NCBI GenBank assembly: GCA_013265495.1
Contig: MU058839.1
Location: forward strand, 62,001-126,000
Direction: 5' to 3'
DNA length: 64,000 nucleotides
DNA from: Vicugna vicugna
Taxonomy: Eukaryota
The notes under the pieces: generated by a model
Told to the model about the DNA's origin: nothing
Seen by the model: the letters and a program-made list of their open reading frames with translations, nothing else
Database searches by the model: none
Program-made: the position numbers and the translations under genes
In this document: one piece after another, positions 14,436 to 28,125 of the stretch
How the letters are laid out: every line of letters starts with the position of its first letter
How positions within the stretch are numbered: position 1 is the stretch's first letter

Positions 14436-15334
14436 AAGAGAGTTTTTTTGTTTGTTTGCTGGGACTTGTGTGTCTTGTATGTTTAGCAAAGGCTAAATTT
14501 TAAGATAAATTATTTTAGATAAATTATTTTAAGATAAAGCCTTTTTCATCTGAAAAGTTTCCTGTTTAAGAATCAGTCTTCTCTAAGTGAACTGTTTATC
14601 TGTCTTACAGAGGACACTGATCTGCAGAGAAGGAGGTAGTAATTAGAGAAGCACCTAAGGAAGCTGGTTATGGGTACTATTTTGATCCAGGAAAAGATAT
14701 TTTTTCTTACACTGTGGAGTTGTTAGCTCAAGATGAACAAAATTTTAATGGGAAGAACATAAGATTATGAGTTATAGCAAATTTATTTATAGCTTTAACA
14801 TTTTACTTTAAATAAATGGCAATATGTAGGAGAAAACAAACTACTTTGGTTTCCAGAGAGCAGGTATGATATATTTGAGGAAAAAAAAAAAAACCAAAAA
14901 TTACAGTGCTTCTTTAGAAGCCAGTGTTGTCCTCTAGTGCTTTCCCCGTTGAGTTATCTGTGGGATAAATTCACTTCTCTGCCCATGTTGATCATATACA
15001 GTCTACTTTGCTCATGTCTCCTGTCCTCCCCTCACTGTGGATTAGCAATAATGCAGAGGTTCTCTGAATGCCAGGAACAGTAAACTTCCCCACCTGCTCA
15101 TCCACCCAGATTTGTCTTAGTTACAGGACCATTTGATTGTGATTACTTTAAGCCATTAATTTGTACTTGAACGAGTCCCAAATGAAGGGCTAATCTCTAA
15201 GATAGATCTGTTAGAATTTTTACAGTTCAGGTGATTGGAATGCTTTCAACCCTACAAAGACTACAGTATCCAAAAGCATTTTATAAAATATGTATACTCT
15301 AACTGTATATTTTTGAATTTCTTTTACTTTTAAA

Positions 15335-15580
15335 ACTTTTTTTTATTATGGAAGTGTTCAGACTTACACAAAAGTAGGGAGCATTATATAATGATCTCCC
15401 ATTCACCCATCACATAGCTTCAACAGTATATCAGCCTATGGGCCCTCTGGTTTTACTGAGCCCCACCTCTTTCATATCTTGGCCCCCAATGGATTTTTTT
15501 TGATGTAATTCTCAGATATTATATCATTTTATTTACAAATACTTCAGCATGTAGCTCTTTGAAAAAATATTATTATACCG
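15335..15580 (-). mobile_element. Old L1M 3' fragment
   Basis: tttttattatggaagtgttcagacttacacaaaagtagggag...cccatcacatagcttcaaca. Confidence 0.55.
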
Positions 15581-18499
15581 AATAATTATTTAAAGGCAAT
15601 TCTAAATTGAAACTTTAAGTATTTTTATTCCTTTTCTTTTTGGCATTTCTTCGTGATCTGTCTCTTTGGTTTCTAACCCTTTCTGTACAGCAGGGAGACA
15701 CACAAAATCAAAGACATTGCTTAAAGTCCAAAAAACTTCCCCCAGATTATAAACAGCTTAGAGTTTGCTTGTAATCTAAAGCTACATAGCCTTAAACATT
15801 TTTAACCTCTCTATTGTAAAATAAAACATAGACAGAAAACTAGGTAAATGTATAGCTTAATGAATTACCATAAGGCTAACATCCTTGTAGCCGCCTCACA
15901 GGTCACCTCAAAAGTCTCTCCATTTGAATCACCTCAACATCAGCTGTTCTGTCCCTCAAAAGCAACCACCGGCTTTATAATTATCCTCGGGGTGCTTTGC
16001 TTTATGATTCTACCACCCAAGAGTATAAACCTAGACCGTATAGTTTTTAGCTATACCCATTTCTTTTAAACTTAGTATATGTTTTTGAAGCTACATGTCC
16101 TTTAAGACAGACTATATGCTTCTCCCACTGAATTTTCACTACTTTCCCCATCCATGAAAAGTAATTACATTTTAAACAGTCTTTCCTTCAATGTACCATT
16201 ACTATAACTAAAATAATATTCAACTAAACCCACACAAAAATTAAAAACAAACACTTTTTTTCCTGGTGTAAGCAGACATATTAGTCCAAAATACTTTGAT
16301 CTAGATTGAGGTGGGAGGCATAAAGCACATTTTTATCATAGCCAACACTAGAAAGCCCAACAGTAAGTACTTCATTGTATTTTGAATAACTTCTGGTGGC
16401 AAAGTTTCCTCTCAGTTGTCATGACAATATTCACATTCTTTACAGTGTGGAAGCAATTAGAGAGTACCTGGGAGATTAAAAGAAAACAAAAAAGAGAAAA
16501 ACTTCTAGACAAAGGTGTTGATTCAGAATAATTAGGATGAAATACATTTTGATCACTTCTGGAGAGAACAGTTTTTAAAAATCTTTCCACCCCGATTTTT
16601 ATTGACTAGGGAAACAGTATGGCCTCATATCAGCTAATGTGATTGAAGAAAAATATCCAAAAGAGCATACCTTAAAATATGAATTTCCATTTTGCGTTCT
16701 CTTTTCACTAAGTCTGTTATGCTTACACATCATAAGGTGAAATTTAGAAACATAGTTTATGCTGCAAAAGGGTATCCATTACAGAAATGGTGTCAGCAAG
16801 AGCTTTCTTCCAATTAAGATAGTAGATAATTATAGGATATTTTTCTTCATTTATATTTCATAGTCAGACTTAGGTTAGAAAGAAACCAAAAAAAAAAAAT
16901 ATCTAGCATTAGCTGTCATGTTTGGTAAATGAGAGTAATAGTAACATTACTGCTTATAACTTGATTCTTGTTAAATCAAGAATCTTTTGTATTTTAGTGA
17001 GAGGATTAGATCCTAAAATTTCATTCTTTTGTTTCCCTTCAGTTTTCCTTTCTTCTTTATTTCTAGTCTTTTAGAAAAATAATCATGTGTCATTGATTAT
17101 CCATTAGCTGTAATACCAATTATTAATGTGAAAAGTGATTTTCACTCTTTTAAAATGGCTTTATAGGACTTGAAAGGATAATCCAGATTTTACAAAGTCC
17201 TGAATGTGCTAATAAAATGCAGCATTGTTTAATTTTGGTCATATTATTACCCAAAAGAGAATTAGCTGAAGAAATAACCATGCTACTATTATCATGCATT
17301 TACATCAAGGAGTTTTTATGTTAACCTATATTTTTCCACCAATATTATATATGACAACGAAGGTGCAACTGAATAAATAGCTGTCCTTATGAAATTGAGG
17401 CATTTGATAAACTATGCTCTAAATTTAAGTCTCATTGAATTATATCATTTATTTTCCCTTAAAAACTTAATGATTAAAAGTCATTGTTTATCTGAGCAAA
17501 CTTGGTATTACCTTAAGCTCTTGAGGAACCTAGCAAAGACGTGACCTCTGTCCTAAGTTTTATATCTGGAATTCCTTTAAGAGGGGAAAAAATGACTTCA
17601 AGATCTGGTCACCATTTCTCAGCTGTCAAAAATGTCTTTTCTCTCTGGTGGTAGAGAAATATCACATTGCACTACTTTGTTTCAAGGTCGTCTGTCAAGA
17701 GTCTCAATTTACCTGCAAGTCTTGAAGGATCTTAAACATCAATAAGTGGCTCATTCCCACCTTGCAATGTAAGATTGCGTCTGTTCTTGTGTCATCTGAT
17801 AAGATGGTGAGTGTGTTTTTGAGCAGTGTTAGCAGTAAACACTCAAAAACATCACATCCAATTCTCTTCCTTGAGAGAGGATGAAGATATCTCCTTCTAA
17901 GGAGTAGAAACTCTCTGGCGTTGTGTCTTTGTCAAACAGTTCACTTCCTAATGAAGCAATAACCTTTCTATATAGAGAATCTTTAAAAGATACATGGGTT
18001 TTTTGTCCCTATTGTGAAAGAGACAGTATTCGTGCCTAGACTGTTCATAAAACATCCCTTTTGTGTGCAACCTCCCTATTTTTATGGAATTTAAAGCATT
18101 CTTTCACATTGATATACCAAATAGCCATCTGGACAACACAGTAATGGGCAGTTTATTAAAGAGAAGTTTTAAATAGGAAACCGTAAGAGCCTATTTTCTT
18201 CTTTACATTGCAAGTGTAAGGACATCAAATGTCAGTGTATTTATTTTTGTATAATTCTGGGTCCCTTTTTGTATGGAACACAAGCTTAACAGTTTTCTGT
18301 GAAGTTGAAACCCCTCTGCCCATGCTCAGGAAGCCTAAACAGGCTAGGATATGACTGGATAAGTTATTAATGCATTTCCCACAATTATCATTACTGCTAA
18401 TCATTATAACATTTTGTAAGAGCACTCAGTATTGAGTAGGTTGGCACTTTCCTTAACATTTCCTTCTATGCCATTATCTTCTATCCAACAGAGGGTCAG

Positions 18500-19260
18500 A
18501 AAATTCATTTATTTATTTATTCAACCATCAAGAATATTTATGGAGGACTTTCTATGTGCATGGCACTCTTCTTAGTGTTAGAGAATATTCGAATGAGTTT
18601 AAGAAAAGGCCCTTGCTTTCAAGGACCTTGTGCTCTTACACAGACAGTTAAGACATGCTTTCAGAAACCCACAATAGACAGCAATGCTATTTGAGTGGTA
18701 AAGGGAAAGGAAATATCTATTGATCATCTAAATGCATTCACATATGATCTCATATAATTCTGACAGCCACCCTCCCCCAGGAGTATTATTATCACTGCTT
18801 CTTTTTTTTTTTTAACTAGAAAGATGAAGAAATTGCTGAAGGTCGTGGGATTTAAAAGTGGATTTGTCTGAGTCCAAAGCCCACATTCAATCTAGTTGGA
18901 ACAGAATCTTACCCTTTCAGGAAACGAAAAGGTCACTTCAAAATCTGATTGAATAGTAGAGAGGATGTTCCAGGACTAAGGCCCATGGAAGGGAGTGAGG
19001 TGGAAAGGGAAGGATTTACTTGGGGCACAGCAAGGAGCAGTGCTGATAAGTAGTGGGAAAGGAGGCTGTAACTGCAGCTGTGGGCCTGAGGAATAAGGCT
19101 ATTTAGTGGTGAATAGCGGAAGCTGCACTTTATCTTCAACCAAAAGACCACTGGAACTTTCTGATTAAGGACATGTGGTGATCAATGTCATCTTTCAGAA
19201 AAACATTCTGCCAGTAAGATTCAGAGGGGGAGAGATGCAAGCTACTCTATCATTCCCAGT
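18500..19260 (-). mobile_element. Fragmented LINE-2 with an intervening MIR-like piece
   Basis: attcatttatttatttattcaaccatcaagaatatttatggagg..ctatgtgcatggcact; downstream L2-like purine-rich tract. Confidence 0.5.
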
Positions 19261-21179
19261 GCAAGTCACACTTCTGGTTTCTGGGTTGGCCCAGGAAGCT
19301 GCCAGTTATGCTTTTTGTGGTCTGTGGTGAACATGTTCACTCCTTCCTGTGTGAAACTCACAGTTCCTTTTCACTTACAAGTGTGTTATGGAGAAGTGCT
19401 TCTGTGGCTGACAAAAAAAAGGGGGAGAGCAAGGCAAGAAAAAGGGGAGTTTCAAATGCATTATACTGCAGTGAAAATAATGATTAAAAGAACAGAGTAA
19501 GCTCAACTTATTTTGTACATTTTTTATCTCACAAAAAAGTAAATGCCCATCCTTACGGGATGGGTGAAAGAAGAGATTCTGAGGTGATGGCAACTTTATA
19601 AATACCCTTCAAAAATGCATACCTAATCAAAGTTCTAGAAGGTCTAGGTGGGAAGGAGTGGAGGGGTCACAGCCCGCTTAGAAGGGAATGGCATTACATC
19701 AGAGCATCTACAGCATATGATTATCAGAGGCTGAGGGTAGGAGTTCAGTACTAGGAGACACAGATATGCCCAGATATTGTAGGAGTATCTGAACCCTACA
19801 CCTAAACTACCTTTAATTATCTTTCATTAGAGGATAATGTTTATCCTCCCTGGTTGTACATTAGGATCACCTCAAGAGTTTTGAAGAAAAAAATACCCAC
19901 ATCCAAGCCCTACTGTCAAGAGGTCCTGAATTAATTGCTCTGAGAATTTCTTATCCTATTTTAAAAATTGAATTTAATTTACAGAGGGTAACACATGCAG
20001 ATTTTTGGTCTGTGGTTAATGAATGATTGCAGTTTTTAAAATTAAGATGCCATAAAATTCAGAGATGCACAATCTTTGACCTTCAAGCAGCATACTGAAC
20101 ATATGTAAGACTAGGAGAAATTCAGAAATTTAGCAGAAATGGGGATGATTATTAAAATTACTTTAAAATTTTATTTTGAGCTACATTTACTCAGAAAGTA
20201 CAGTTTGACAAGATTCACTCTATTTGTTTTTAATTTTCTTTTGTGGCTGTATATACTAGAACAACAAATTAATGACACGCATCAGTGAAGTCTGGGAAGA
20301 CCATGCACCATGTGGCCTGGAGATATTGTTCCCTTGTGATTTACCCCACTGGTATGACCTAAAGTCCTGTTATGGAGCAGTAAGATTGTATGAGAAGAAT
20401 GAATGCAGATGGCTATTCTTGGTGGTATGTTCTGGTCCCCAAAGCTTTAATAGAGACCCTTACTTGGTCCTGTTATTCTGTATGGAGAAGATGGGAGAGA
20501 GAGTAGTACTGGGAATTCTACCAGCACCAGCCTGTCTAAAGGAAAGGCTTGTCTGGTGTCATGCTTCCATGACTAAGATCCTCTGCATGGAAGAATACTA
20601 GAGAATACCAAAAGGTCAAATGCAGAAGAGCATAAAGGAAGAAAAAATAGAACCAGAAGTTTAAGGTGTTTTTCAATTTTCCTTATCATGATTAAAACTG
20701 CTTCTGAAACATTGGTAAGAGGGAGGATTGGGAATTTTATCAGCAAGAAAAAAAGTGATTTGGTAAACATGTAAGCAATTAAACATGTGAGATATAACTT
20801 TATTATTTGATGTTCATTTCTGGCATTCTTTCTGGGAGAACTAATGACACACTAAAACCTAATTTCTGGAACCAGCTTTTGGAAGCTCAGTTTTTAAATT
20901 CTTACTGGTTATTGACAATAAGCAAACTAACTCTTAAGAAGACAGAGAAACCACACGTGATCTCCATTTCAACTAGCATTAGGCCTAGAAAAACATTTCA
21001 TCATAGATTTGAACATTTTAATTTCAGAGATGTGTTTAAAATGAGTGAATAAATCATGTGTAAGTTTAGTTAGCTGGAGAGAAGATTTTAGTATTTGGAA
21101 ATGTAAGCATAGCAATGAAACAACATCATAGAGGCACCATTTTCCCCTCAGTACCCCGTATATAAATGGGCACTGAAGG

Positions 21180-21400
21180 GAATAACTTTTGAGAGTTTCC
21201 CATATGCCAGACCAGGCTCTGAGAACAGTTCATTACATGGATTATCTCATTTAATTCTCACAAACAACACTTTCATGGTGTTGTATGTTTCTCAGGAACT
21301 GAGAAGTTAAATAACTTAACCGAAGTCACCCACCTCACAGGGACAGAGGCAGGACTGAAACCCAGGCAGGCTGATTTCAGACTCGGGATATGCACAGAGT
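21180..21400 (-). mobile_element. MIR SINE
   Basis: attatctcatttaattctcacaaacaac...gaagttaaataacttaaccgaagtcac...gaaacccaggcaggctga. Confidence 0.7.
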
Positions 21401-21709
21401 TAAAAGTCAAGTCCCCTTTTTCAATGAGCAGCATAAAAAATATAGTCCAAGGTCCCCAGTGGAGCCTATTTAGAGGGAGGATAGGAAAAGGCGGGGAATT
21501 GAAACCCATCCCTGCTTCGCTTCTCCTTACCCCCTTGCTGAATCCTCACAAGAAGCATCAGGCAATCAGGTAGTTTTCTTCTCCGACCCCTCTCCTCGCT
21601 TCAAGCAGCATGTTCAAAGCGACCAGAAGGACAGTTGTGGTAGCAGACAGGGACAGTAGTTCAGGAGGCTCTCCTCTGCCTATCACCCTGTGAAGCTGGG
21701 TATGTCTCT

Positions 21710-23810
21710 GACCATAAATGCAAGAGTTTATTTCTGGGCTCTCTATTGTGTTCCATTGATCAATATGTCTATTTTTGTGCCAACATCATATTGTCTTGAT
21801 TACTGTAGCTCTGTAATAGTCTGAGGCCAGAGAACATGTTATCTCCAGCTTTGTTCTTTGCTCTCAAGATTGCCTTGGCTATTCAGGATCTTTTGTGATT
21901 CTGAGTAAATTTTAGGATTATTTGTTCTAGTTCTGTGAGAAATGTCATGAGTATTTTGATAGAGAGTGCATTAAATCTGTAGATTGCTTTGGATAATATG
22001 AACATTTTAACAATATTAATTCTTCCAATCCATGAATACATGATATCTTTCCATTTCTTTGTATCATATTCAATTTCCTTCATCAGTGTTTTATAGTTTA
22101 CAGAGGATAGGTCTTTCGCCATCTTGGTTAAGTTTATTCTCAGGTATTTTATTCTTTTTGATGTGATTTTAAAGGGGATTGTTTTCTTGCTTTCTCTTTC
22201 TGATAGTTCATTATTAGTGTATATTAATCTTTTATCCTGCAACCTTGCTGAAACTATTTATTAGTTCTCATAGTTTTATGGTGGAGACTTAAGGGTTTTC
22301 CATGTGTTGTATCATGTCACCTGCAAATAGTGACAGTTTTACTTCTTCCCTTCCAATTTGAATGCCTTTTATTTCTTTTTCTTGTATGATTGCTATGACT
22401 AGGACTTCCAATACTATGTTAAATAGAAATGGTGAGAGTGGGCATGCTTGCCTTATTCCTGATTTTAGAGGAAAAGCTGAAAGCTTTTCACCATTGAATA
22501 TGATATTAGCTGTGGGTTTGTCATAAATGACCTTTATTATGTTGAGATGTGTTTCCCCTATAGTTCCCCCTATAGTTCCCCCTATACCAACTTTGATAAG
22601 AGTTTTTATCATGAATGGATATTGTCTAATGTTTTTTCTCTGTCTTTTGAGATGATCATGTGATTTTTACCCTTTCTTTTTTTAATGTGGTGAATTGCAC
22701 TGATTTGTGAATATTGAACCATAATATTGAGCCATCCTTGCATCCCTAGAATAAACCACACTTGATCATGGTGTGTGATCCTTTTTACATATTGTTGAAT
22801 TCAGTTTACTAGCATTTTGCTAAGGATTTTTACGTATATATTCATCAGAGGTATTGGCCTATAATTTTCTTTTTTGTGTGATGTATTTGTCTGGGTCTGG
22901 TATCAGGGTAATATTTGCCCTATAGAATGAATTTGGAAGTGTTCCCTACTCTTCAATATTTTGGAACAGTTTGAAGAGAATAGGTATTAGCTCTTTTTAT
23001 GTTTGGTAGAATTCCCCAGTGAAGCCATCTGGTCCTAGACATCTGTTTGCTGGGAGTTTTTTTTAATTACAAGTTCAATTTCTCTACTAGTGATGGTTCA
23101 GATTGTTTCTTCATGATTCAGTCTTGGAAGATTGTGTTTCTAGAAATTTATCTATTTTTTTCTAGGTTGTCCAATTTATTTGCTTATAACTGTTCTCAGT
23201 ATTCTCTTAGGATTTTTTATACCCCCGTGATGTCAGTTGTTATTTCCCCTCTTTCATTTCTTACTTTGTTTATTTGGGTCCTCTTTTTTCCTTAATGAGC
23301 CTGACTAAAGGGTTATCAGTTTTTTGTTTGTTTTTTTTTTCCAAAAAGCCAGCTCTTGATTTCATTGATCTTTCCTATTATTTTCTTGGGTGGGGGGAGT
23401 CTCGATTTTATTTATTTCCTTGCTAATATTTATTATTTCCTTCTTTATGTTGACTTTGGGCTTTGTTTGTTCTTCTTCTAATTCCTTCAGTTGGTAGGTT
23501 AGGTTGTTTATTTGAGATTTTTCTTGTTTCTTGAGGTATACCCGTACTGTTATAAACTTCCCTCTTAGAACTGCTTTTGCTATGTCCCAGAGATTTTGGA
23601 AAGTTGTGTTTTTATTTTCATTTGTCTCAAGGTATTTTCTGATTTCCTCTTTGATTTGTTCACTGACCCTCTGGGGGTTTTTTGTTTGTTTGTTTGTTTG
23701 TTTTTTTAGTAGAATATTGTTTAGTCTCCACATGTTTTTGTTTTTCATATTTTTCTTCCTATAATTGATTTCTAGTTTCATACTATTGTGGTTGGAAAAA
23801 AATGCTTGTG
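21710..23810 (-). mobile_element. LINE-1 ORF2 internal fragment (end of endonuclease through RT and beyond), disrupted
   Basis: [79 protein letters not shown]. Confidence 0.95.
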
Positions 23811-23977
23811 TCACCTTCTTTGATCCTCATGAACTCACTGAGGTAGGCATAGCAATAATAACATTTCACTTATACATGAAGACACCAAATAGCCTAGAGG
23901 TTTCATATTCCCCTGAGGTGACACAGATATCACGTGAATGAATTGAGGCTGGGAGCTGAGTGTTCTGAAAGTCTAAT

Positions 23978-24330
23978 TTTATGGAGTGAGTATTTGTGAT
24001 CACCCAAAATATATATGTTGAAATAATATGATGGTTTTAAGAGATTGAGCCTTGGGGAGATGCTAACATCATGAGGGTGAAACTCTCATGAGTGGAATTA
24101 GTGACATTATAAAAGATATGCTAGAGAGCTCTTTTGCTTTCTTTGCCATGTGAAGACACAGAGAGAAGATGGCAGTCTATGAACCAGGAAGCAGGCTCTC
24201 CTAAGACACTGAGTTTGCTGGTGCCTTGATCGTGTACTTCCCAGTTTCCAGAACTGAGACATTTATTTCTGTTGTTTGTAAGCACTCAGTCTATGGTAAT
24301 TGGTTATAGCAGCCCAAATGGATTAAAACA
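23978..24330 (+). mobile_element. MaLR solo LTR (MLT1A-like)
   Basis: catcatgagggtgaaactctcatgagtggaattagtg..ttataaaaga...gaaccaggaagcaggctctc...tatagcagcccaaatggattaaaaca. Confidence 0.8.
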
Positions 24331-24779
24331 GTTAATGTTCTTTCATTATTTCTTCCTATCTTTTAAAGAAAGTATCATGTAGGATATTCATGAATGTATA
24401 TGACAGAAATAAATAGATGAGGTAATGGATGTGAGGAAGGGAGCAGAGCAAATGGTGAACTCCATTTCCAGGAATAAAAGTCACAGAATGAGTAGGCTAG
24501 GAGGCAGTTCCTGTTGAAACTTCTAAAGAGGCAGTCAAGGAGGGGCCAGAAGGGAATAGGCCTAGACATTTTTTTTTGACATTTCAGTAAAGACCAGAAC
24601 AAATTTTATATACTGTGTAAAAAAAGTCTTTTATGTTTCCAACTCATTCATTCATTCATTCATTCATTCAACACACACATAGTGAGTACCTAACATGCTC
24701 CAGGCAAGGGGATCAAAGAGTGAGCCACATAGATACAGGAGAGCTGGATGCCCAGAACTTATGGTCTGGTGGGGAAATA

Positions 24780-24983
24780 CCACTGTTACTTATTATTCAT
24801 GCTTGTCCTGGCTCTCCTCACAGCAGCTGGCAGTTGGGGGAGCAGCTCATTTGCATAAGTTTGCTGATTCATGGTGTAAGTAGTCCCACCCATGGCTGAT
24901 AGGAAGCTGCTAAGGTGATGTCAGCTGGCTCACAAAATTCCTGAAAATTTTACAAGTAGCTCTCCGGGCTCATCATGCCACTG
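24780..24983 (-). mobile_element. hAT MITE (MER63A-like) next to an L2 end with (TTCA)n
   Basis: Reverse complement cagtggcatgatgagcccggagagctacttgtaaaattttcaggaattttgtgagccag resembles the MER63 terminus. Confidence 0.55.
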
Positions 24984-27954
24984 AAACTATTTCCCATCCC
25001 ACTCACTCTACTGTTACATACTTAACAGCTGGAATTACTATTCCTTACAAATTCTAAAGGATTTTAAAACTAGGAGTGTGTTTTCAACACTAGGAGAGTA
25101 GCATCAAAGTTGGGAAACTGTAAGGTAGTTTAGGTTTTTGCCCAGAGTGACAGAAGTGAGGGCAGGGGAATCCGGCAACCCTACGAAGCATGTCTGTGGA
25201 ACTCTACCAGATGGAAGAAATGCTGGAGCACTTCTGGAGGCTGCTAAAGACCTAGAAGTTCACCCCCACTGCAGGACAGGGACAACTTAAGTTAAGTCTG
25301 ATTTCTCCATAGCTTAGCTTTGTTCCTTCAGGCCCATTTTCTCATGTAGATCCTTACCTGAGATATGTAACATGGTGATCCATGAATATGGGTCAGTGGA
25401 TCACAGTGGTCTGCATTTTGCTGAGACTATATCCCTAAAATTGTTAAAGGATGGTTTGGATAGAGAGCAGGAGCTAAGTTCAGGGGGCGAGAAACTTACT
25501 GGGAGAGAATGTAAACAGAAAACAGAGTGGGGAAAACACCACAGCTTCGTGAATCTTGCATCATAATTTTACCTGGGGCTGGTGAAATATGCACATTTTG
25601 AGCTATCAGCAGATAGAAAGTGGTAATGCTAATAAAACCAGGTCAAAAAATAAAGTAAGGTAACTTGGAAGGATTTCTTACCTCCTATCTTTTCTAATAA
25701 CCCTGCAAAAGACATTTGATGGCAAATAAAAGTTTACAGCTGTTATGGCTCCCATAGAGATTAAAGGCTAGTCTGGCAGTACTCTGCAGTACTTAGCAGC
25801 ATGTGTGAGATTACTCATGGAAATGCTTCTCATTTTGTGCATTTTATTTATTTTTTATTTTTTTAAACTATGGTATGAGACTGAATTCTTTCTAGATGCA
25901 GAGAAGTGAAGCTCCGGATTGCTTTCCAGTGATAGTACAAAATTTTCTGCCCACTTAAGGAAGGAAAAACTTTGCAAGTGATGTTTGGTACTACATCAGA
26001 GTACCTGAAGACCTGCTTAATTGGAAATTATTTATGTAATGCTTGAAGGTGTTTGATAATCAGAAAATGTTACAAATCCATAATGAGAAACTGGTCAAGT
26101 GAGTTGAGGTGAAAATGTATTTACTTCATTTATTAATGCAGAATGTATAAACAAGACTCAGTACTTTAATACTTTTACTTGATAAATAATGACTGAAAAA
26201 ACCCCAACAATCTGGATATGATTGGATTTCACCCTAGTCACCTCAAGGATGATCCCATGTCTGTAACAGAAACTAAAAAGATGGTGGTGAAGAAAGAAAA
26301 GTTCAGTTTCACTGTGACATTAATGGTCCCAATATTTCAGTACAATAGTTTATCACTATCTGTTTGCCAGTAATATCCACATAATGTTCAACTGGTTAAA
26401 TAATACAGCTAATGTGTACAGGCTTTGCTGAAACAATACATTGTAGGAAATTTTGGGTAAACTGATGACTTCTAAAATAATGCCTTGAATAATAAATTCA
26501 TCTGCAAGAAAGTATATGTGAATATACTTCAGTGCATAACCCTGTCCATTTTCTAATTTTTAATTATAGGACTCTCTTTCCTTTTCCGTCTTCCTATCAT
26601 TGGGAATTACAGTTTGACAATATGACAAATGGACATCAGAATTTAGTAGGTACTTCTTTTAGAAGCTAGATTTTTCTCTTCTTCATAGATTTATTGCTAA
26701 ACCATCCCCAACTCTTACCCCAAATGACATTGAGTTTCAATACTTAAATAAACTAAGTTCATAATTAAAATTAGAATAAAAACCCCTACACTAAAGAATC
26801 AGAAACCTACAAAAAATATAGCTCAACAAATTAACTCTAGGTCTATCTTAACTCTTTTCCCAATTTTTGCTTCCTTTAAATTATAAAATCAATATAAAAC
26901 CAATATTAAAGAAAAATTTGAAAAACTTTAAAAAAAATTAACTGTCATCTTGGATGCCAACAAAATTATTTTCAACTGTGCATTTGCTACTATATTCCTC
27001 AGTCCGAGGTATATACGTTTCACATAGTTGCAATTAAAACACATACTCAAATTGTATTACTTTGATTATATTCTTCAATGTTTGTTAGTAGTTATTTGTT
27101 GTTTTTTTCATTACTGAATATCCAATAAGTACCCCAAACAGTGCATAGCATATAGTAGGTGTCATAAGTAAATACTTTCATAAAAGGTGGCAGAAATGTC
27201 AAAGTGCCCAGATGCTCTTAAAAAGGCAGTATGTACTATGTTTTATACCAAACTAGATCCCCTCAGGTTCCAGGTTGAGCAGAGCAGCAGTTGTTTGGGA
27301 GACAAAGTGTGAGATAATGAATCACTCTATCCTTTTCACTTTTCTTCTGAATTGTTTCAAGTCTCTTAGGCAGGATGCCCCAGCCTCAGGCCTGAAATGA
27401 GCTTTGAGTTCCACTAGTATGACCTTGGACTTGTTGAAGACTGTGCATGCCATTGACCTCTATGATTCCAGAGGGACAGTTCCAGATTGCAGTTCCTTTG
27501 CAACTAGTTTTTGCTTTCCTCTGATAGTGAGATTAAATAGTCCACACTCTTGGTAGCTAAACAGGACAGTTGATGGGAGGGGCAGGTCACAGGTGAGGGC
27601 CAGCATAGCTAGGAGAAATCCATCCCATTTCAGTGTGCAATAGCATGGGAGATAAAGAAAGGCTTCACCTGAATTCACCTGGGCCACAGTTTCCCATTGT
27701 TAATGTAACTCTCTTCTTCAAGGTGGTCCCCTGTGGAGGCTGCCCAAATTCCAGGTGTATGAGTATACTATAGTCATGGACACAAGAACAGTTCTATACA
27801 CTTTCTCCCCTTGCCTGGTTCACAGTTAAAGGTGTACATAATAAAGTTGATAAACTGTGCTGGTAACTTTCTGTTGGACAGAATAGCTCAAGAGCATCTC
27901 AGATACCATCTTAATGGACCGACCAAATTCATGCAATCTTTCTTGGTTATTTAA

Positions 27955-28125
27955 TGGAAAGAGCCTGGCTTATGGGACTTAAGTCACATGAATGAATTTC
28001 TTAGTGTCTGAGTATCCCATCTTGGAAAATGGGGAGAGTAATTCCAACATTGCAGGGGTTTCTGAGTGTTAAATAAGACTATTGGAAGTAGTGTGAATAG
28101 CATATGGTAGGCACTCAATCAGTCT
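27955..28125 (+). mobile_element. MIR SINE
   Basis: cccatcttggaaaatggggagagtaattccaac...gttaaataaga...catatggtaggcactcaat. Confidence 0.55.

Noticed and set aside
14924..14940. CTCF-like motif (gcactagaggacaac on minus strand)
   Set aside because: Mismatches at core positions; cannot be supported without ChIP or conservation data.
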